This document shows, one piece after another, positions 61,801 to 64,000 of a stretch of 64,000 bases of DNA. The stretch is from the NCBI GenBank assembly GCA_965205855.1, contig OZ242184.1, forward strand, positions 416,001 to 480,000. The letters run 5' to 3'. The translations under genes were made by a program, and so were the position numbers. The DNA is from Thermodesulfobacteriota bacterium (GTDB lineage: Bacteria > Desulfobacterota_D > UBA1144 > Nemesobacterales > Mycalebacteriaceae). Numbering within the stretch: position 1 is the first letter of the stretch; each line of letters opens with the position of its first letter. A model generated the notes under the pieces. The model did not search any database and was not told the DNA's origin. It saw only the letters and a list, made by a program, of their open reading frames with translations.

Positions 61801-64000
61801 GCCAAGCGGCGAAGACGCAGATGGCGACCCGCTGACCTTTGCCATCACAAACATGCCTTCATGGGCCAGTTTCAGCACCACAACCGGGGCCTTGACCGGC
61901 ACGCCCGTCAACGATGATGTCGGCGAGTACGCGGGCATCGTGATCAGCGTGAGCGATGGCATCATCACCACACCAGTTGAGCTGCCCGCCTTTGCTATCG
62001 CCGTCACCAACACCAATGACCCGCCGACCCTCAGCGGCACGCCCGCCACCAGCGTGGCCGAAGACAGCGCCTATAGCTTCACGCCAACCGGCGCCGACGA
62101 TGATGGCGACACGCTGACATATACGATCACAAACCTGCCGGCATGGGCCGCCTTCAGCACCACGACCGGCGCCTTGACCGGCACGCCCGCCAACGCCGAT
62201 GTCGGCGACTACGAGGGCATCGTGATCAGCGTCACCGATGGCATCATCGCCACACCGGTCGGCCTCGCAGCCTTCGATATCGCCGTCACCAACACCAATG
62301 ACGCGCCCACCCTCAGCGGCACGCCCGCCACCAGCGTGGCCGAAGACAGCGCCTACAGTTTCACGCCAAGCGGCGAAGACGCTGATGGCGACCCGCTGAC
62401 CTTTGCGATCACAAACATGCCTTCATGGGCCAGTTTCAGCACCACAACCGGGGCCTTGACCGGCACGCCAGACAACGAGCATGTCGGCGACTACGATGGC
62501 ATCGTGATCAGCGTCACCGATGGCATCATCGCCACACCGGTCGCCCTCCCGGCCTTCGATATCGCCGTCACCAACACCAATGACGCGCCCACCCTCAGCG
62601 GCACGCCCGCCACAAGCGTGGCCGAAGACAGCGCCTATAGCTTCACGCCAAGCGGTGCCGACGATGATGGCGACACGCTGACCTTTGCGATCACAAACCT
62701 GCCGTCATGGGCCAGTTTCAGCACCGCAACCGGGGCCTTGACCGGCACGCCCGTCAACGAGCATGTCGGCGACTACGCGGACATCGTGATCAGCGTCACC
62801 GATGGCATCATCGCCACACCGGTCGCGCTGCCGGCCTTTGACATCGCCGTCACCAACACCAATGACGCGCCCACCCTCAGCGGCACGCCTGCCACCAGCG
62901 TGGCCGAAGACAGTGCCTATAGCTTCACGCCAAGCGGTGCCGACGATGATGGCGACACGCTGACCTGGGCGATCACAAACATGCCACCATGGGCCAGTTT
63001 CGACACCACGACCGGCGCCTTGACCGGCACGCCTGCCAACGAGCATGTCGGCGACTACGAGGGCATCGTGATCAGCGTCACCGATGGCATCATCGCCACA
63101 CCGGTCGCGCTGCCCGCCTTCGATATCGCCGTCACCAACACCAATGACGCGCCCACCATCAGCGGCACGCCCGCCACCAGCGTGGCCGAAGACAGCGCCT
63201 ATAGCTTCACGCCAAGCGGCGAAGATGCAGATGGCGACCCGCTGGAATATGCCATCACAAACATGCCACCATGGGCCAGCTTCGACACCACCACCGGGGC
63301 CTTGACCGGCACGCCCGTCAACGCCGATGTCGGCGACTACGAGAACATCGTGATCAGCGTCACCGATGGCATCATCGCCACACCGGTCGCCCTCGCATCC
63401 TTCGATATCGCCGTCACCAACACCAATGACGCGCCCACCATCAGCGGCACGCCCGCCACAACCGTGGCCGAAGACAGCGCCTATAGCTTTACGCCAACCG
63501 GGGCCGACGATGATGGCGACAAGCTGACCTATGCCATCACAAACATGCCGTCATGGGCCAGTTTCAGCACCACAACCGGGGCCTTGACCGGCACGCCAGT
63601 CAACGCCGATGTCGGCGACCACGAGAACATCGTGATCAGCGTCACCGATGGCATCATCGCCACACCGGTCGCCCTCGCATCCTTCGATATCGCCGTCACC
63701 AACACCAATGACGCGCCCACCATCAGCGGCACGCCCGCCACCAGCGTGGCCGAAGACAGCGCCTATAGCTTTACGCCAACCGGGGCCGACGATGATGGCG
63801 ACAAGCTGACCTATGCCATCACAAACATGCCGTCATGGGCCAGTTTCAGCACCACAACCGGGGCCTTGACCGGCACGCCAGTCAACGCCGATGTCGGCGA
63901 CCACGAGAACATCGTGATCAGCGTCACCGATGGCATCATCGCCACACCGGTCGCCCTCGCATCCTTCGATATCGCCGTCACCAACACCAATGACGCGCCC
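40880..64000 (+). CDS. Giant secreted repeat surface protein/adhesin, at least 7,707 aa, 3'-truncated by the window edge
   Basis: GAGGAG RBS, TTG start, signal peptide [19 protein letters not shown]; same frame at the last codon of the window; ORF track reports no stop-terminated ORF in this frame; Ig/cadherin-like, Calx-beta and He_PIG/CADG-type repeats. Confidence 0.9.
   Translation, partial: [7707 protein letters not shown]
41050..43935 (+). repeat. About 10 divergent Ig/cadherin-like domains (~90-100 aa)
   Basis: Recurrent L.[11 protein letters not shown].Y...S....VATV..G..LTITP...G...IT.TA.D. Confidence 0.75.
44215..45080 (+). repeat. Three Ig-like domains of the 'G...LTA....I.DEDGLG.FSYQW' type
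   Basis: Units 1 and 3 share a near-identical DNA stretch (about 44295-44460 vs 44875-45040). Confidence 0.7.
45085..46570 (+). repeat. Four Calx-beta-like domains
   Basis: VSI.G...V.[10 protein letters not shown]...V.Y....GTA...DF...GTLTF..G...QTF.VPV.DD...E..ETFT.TL. Confidence 0.8.
49673..50644 (+). repeat. 3 x 324-bp (108 aa) cadherin/tandem-95-like units
   Basis: [63 protein letters not shown].F. Confidence 0.9.
52337..52984 (+). repeat. 2 x 324-bp cadherin/tandem-95-like units
   Basis: Same unit as 49673-50644; 648 bp. Confidence 0.9.

Larger units (their letters stand above)
46571..64000 (+). repeat. 56 complete near-identical 282-bp (94 aa) He_PIG/CADG-like units in blocks of 11 (46571-49672), 6 (50645-52336) and 39 (52985-63988), continuing past the edge
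   Basis: Unit [94 protein letters not shown]; block lengths 3102, 1692 and 11004 bp. Confidence 0.95.

Noticed and set aside
41100-63800. Dozens of 60-300 aa ORFs (e.g. 'MAGVPLRVGASLVLV...', 'MASSPHRSR...') in the ORF track
   Set aside because: Antisense or off-frame shadows of the giant + strand repeat gene; they recur with its 282/324-bp period
46571-64000. Tandem array as a CRISPR-like, DGR or non-coding repeat system
   Set aside because: Units are contiguous, multiples of 3, protein-coding, without unique spacers; no reverse transcriptase or recombinase in the window

Overview
Bacterial chromosomal window. The gene order rimP-nusA-infB-rbfA-DHH-truB-rpsO-pnp, the cobA-hemD fusion and the ccm genes resemble Deltaproteobacteria/Desulfobacterota; this taxonomy is only an inference. 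1-19.5 kb holds housekeeping genes (pepF 3' end, ccmD/E/F plus a c-type cytochrome fusion, cobA-hemD, Spy-like protein, uvrB, the rimP-pnp operon, miaA, ccmH). 19.5-29.6 kb is a surface-polysaccharide locus (HAD phosphatase, HisC-like aminotransferase, CapK/PaaK-like ligase, four GT4s, a flippase) with an embedded small-protein + retropepsin-like protease gene pair. Two transporter genes follow. 32.5-38.9 kb is a type II-C CRISPR-Cas locus: 26 repeats/25 spacers, cas2, cas1, a cas9 split by a single +1 frameshift at the REC/NUC boundary with all catalytic motifs intact, and a tracrRNA with an unusual 9-nt bulge that can pair with a downstream segment. Several spacers are related to each other. 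After an aldehyde dehydrogenase gene, the last 23 kb is one open GC-rich ORF (at least 7,707 codons, running off the window and missing from the ORF track) encoding a signal-peptide-bearing giant Ig/cadherin/Calx-beta repeat surface protein with 56 near-identical 282-bp units. All assignments come from reading motifs by eye; no searches were run.
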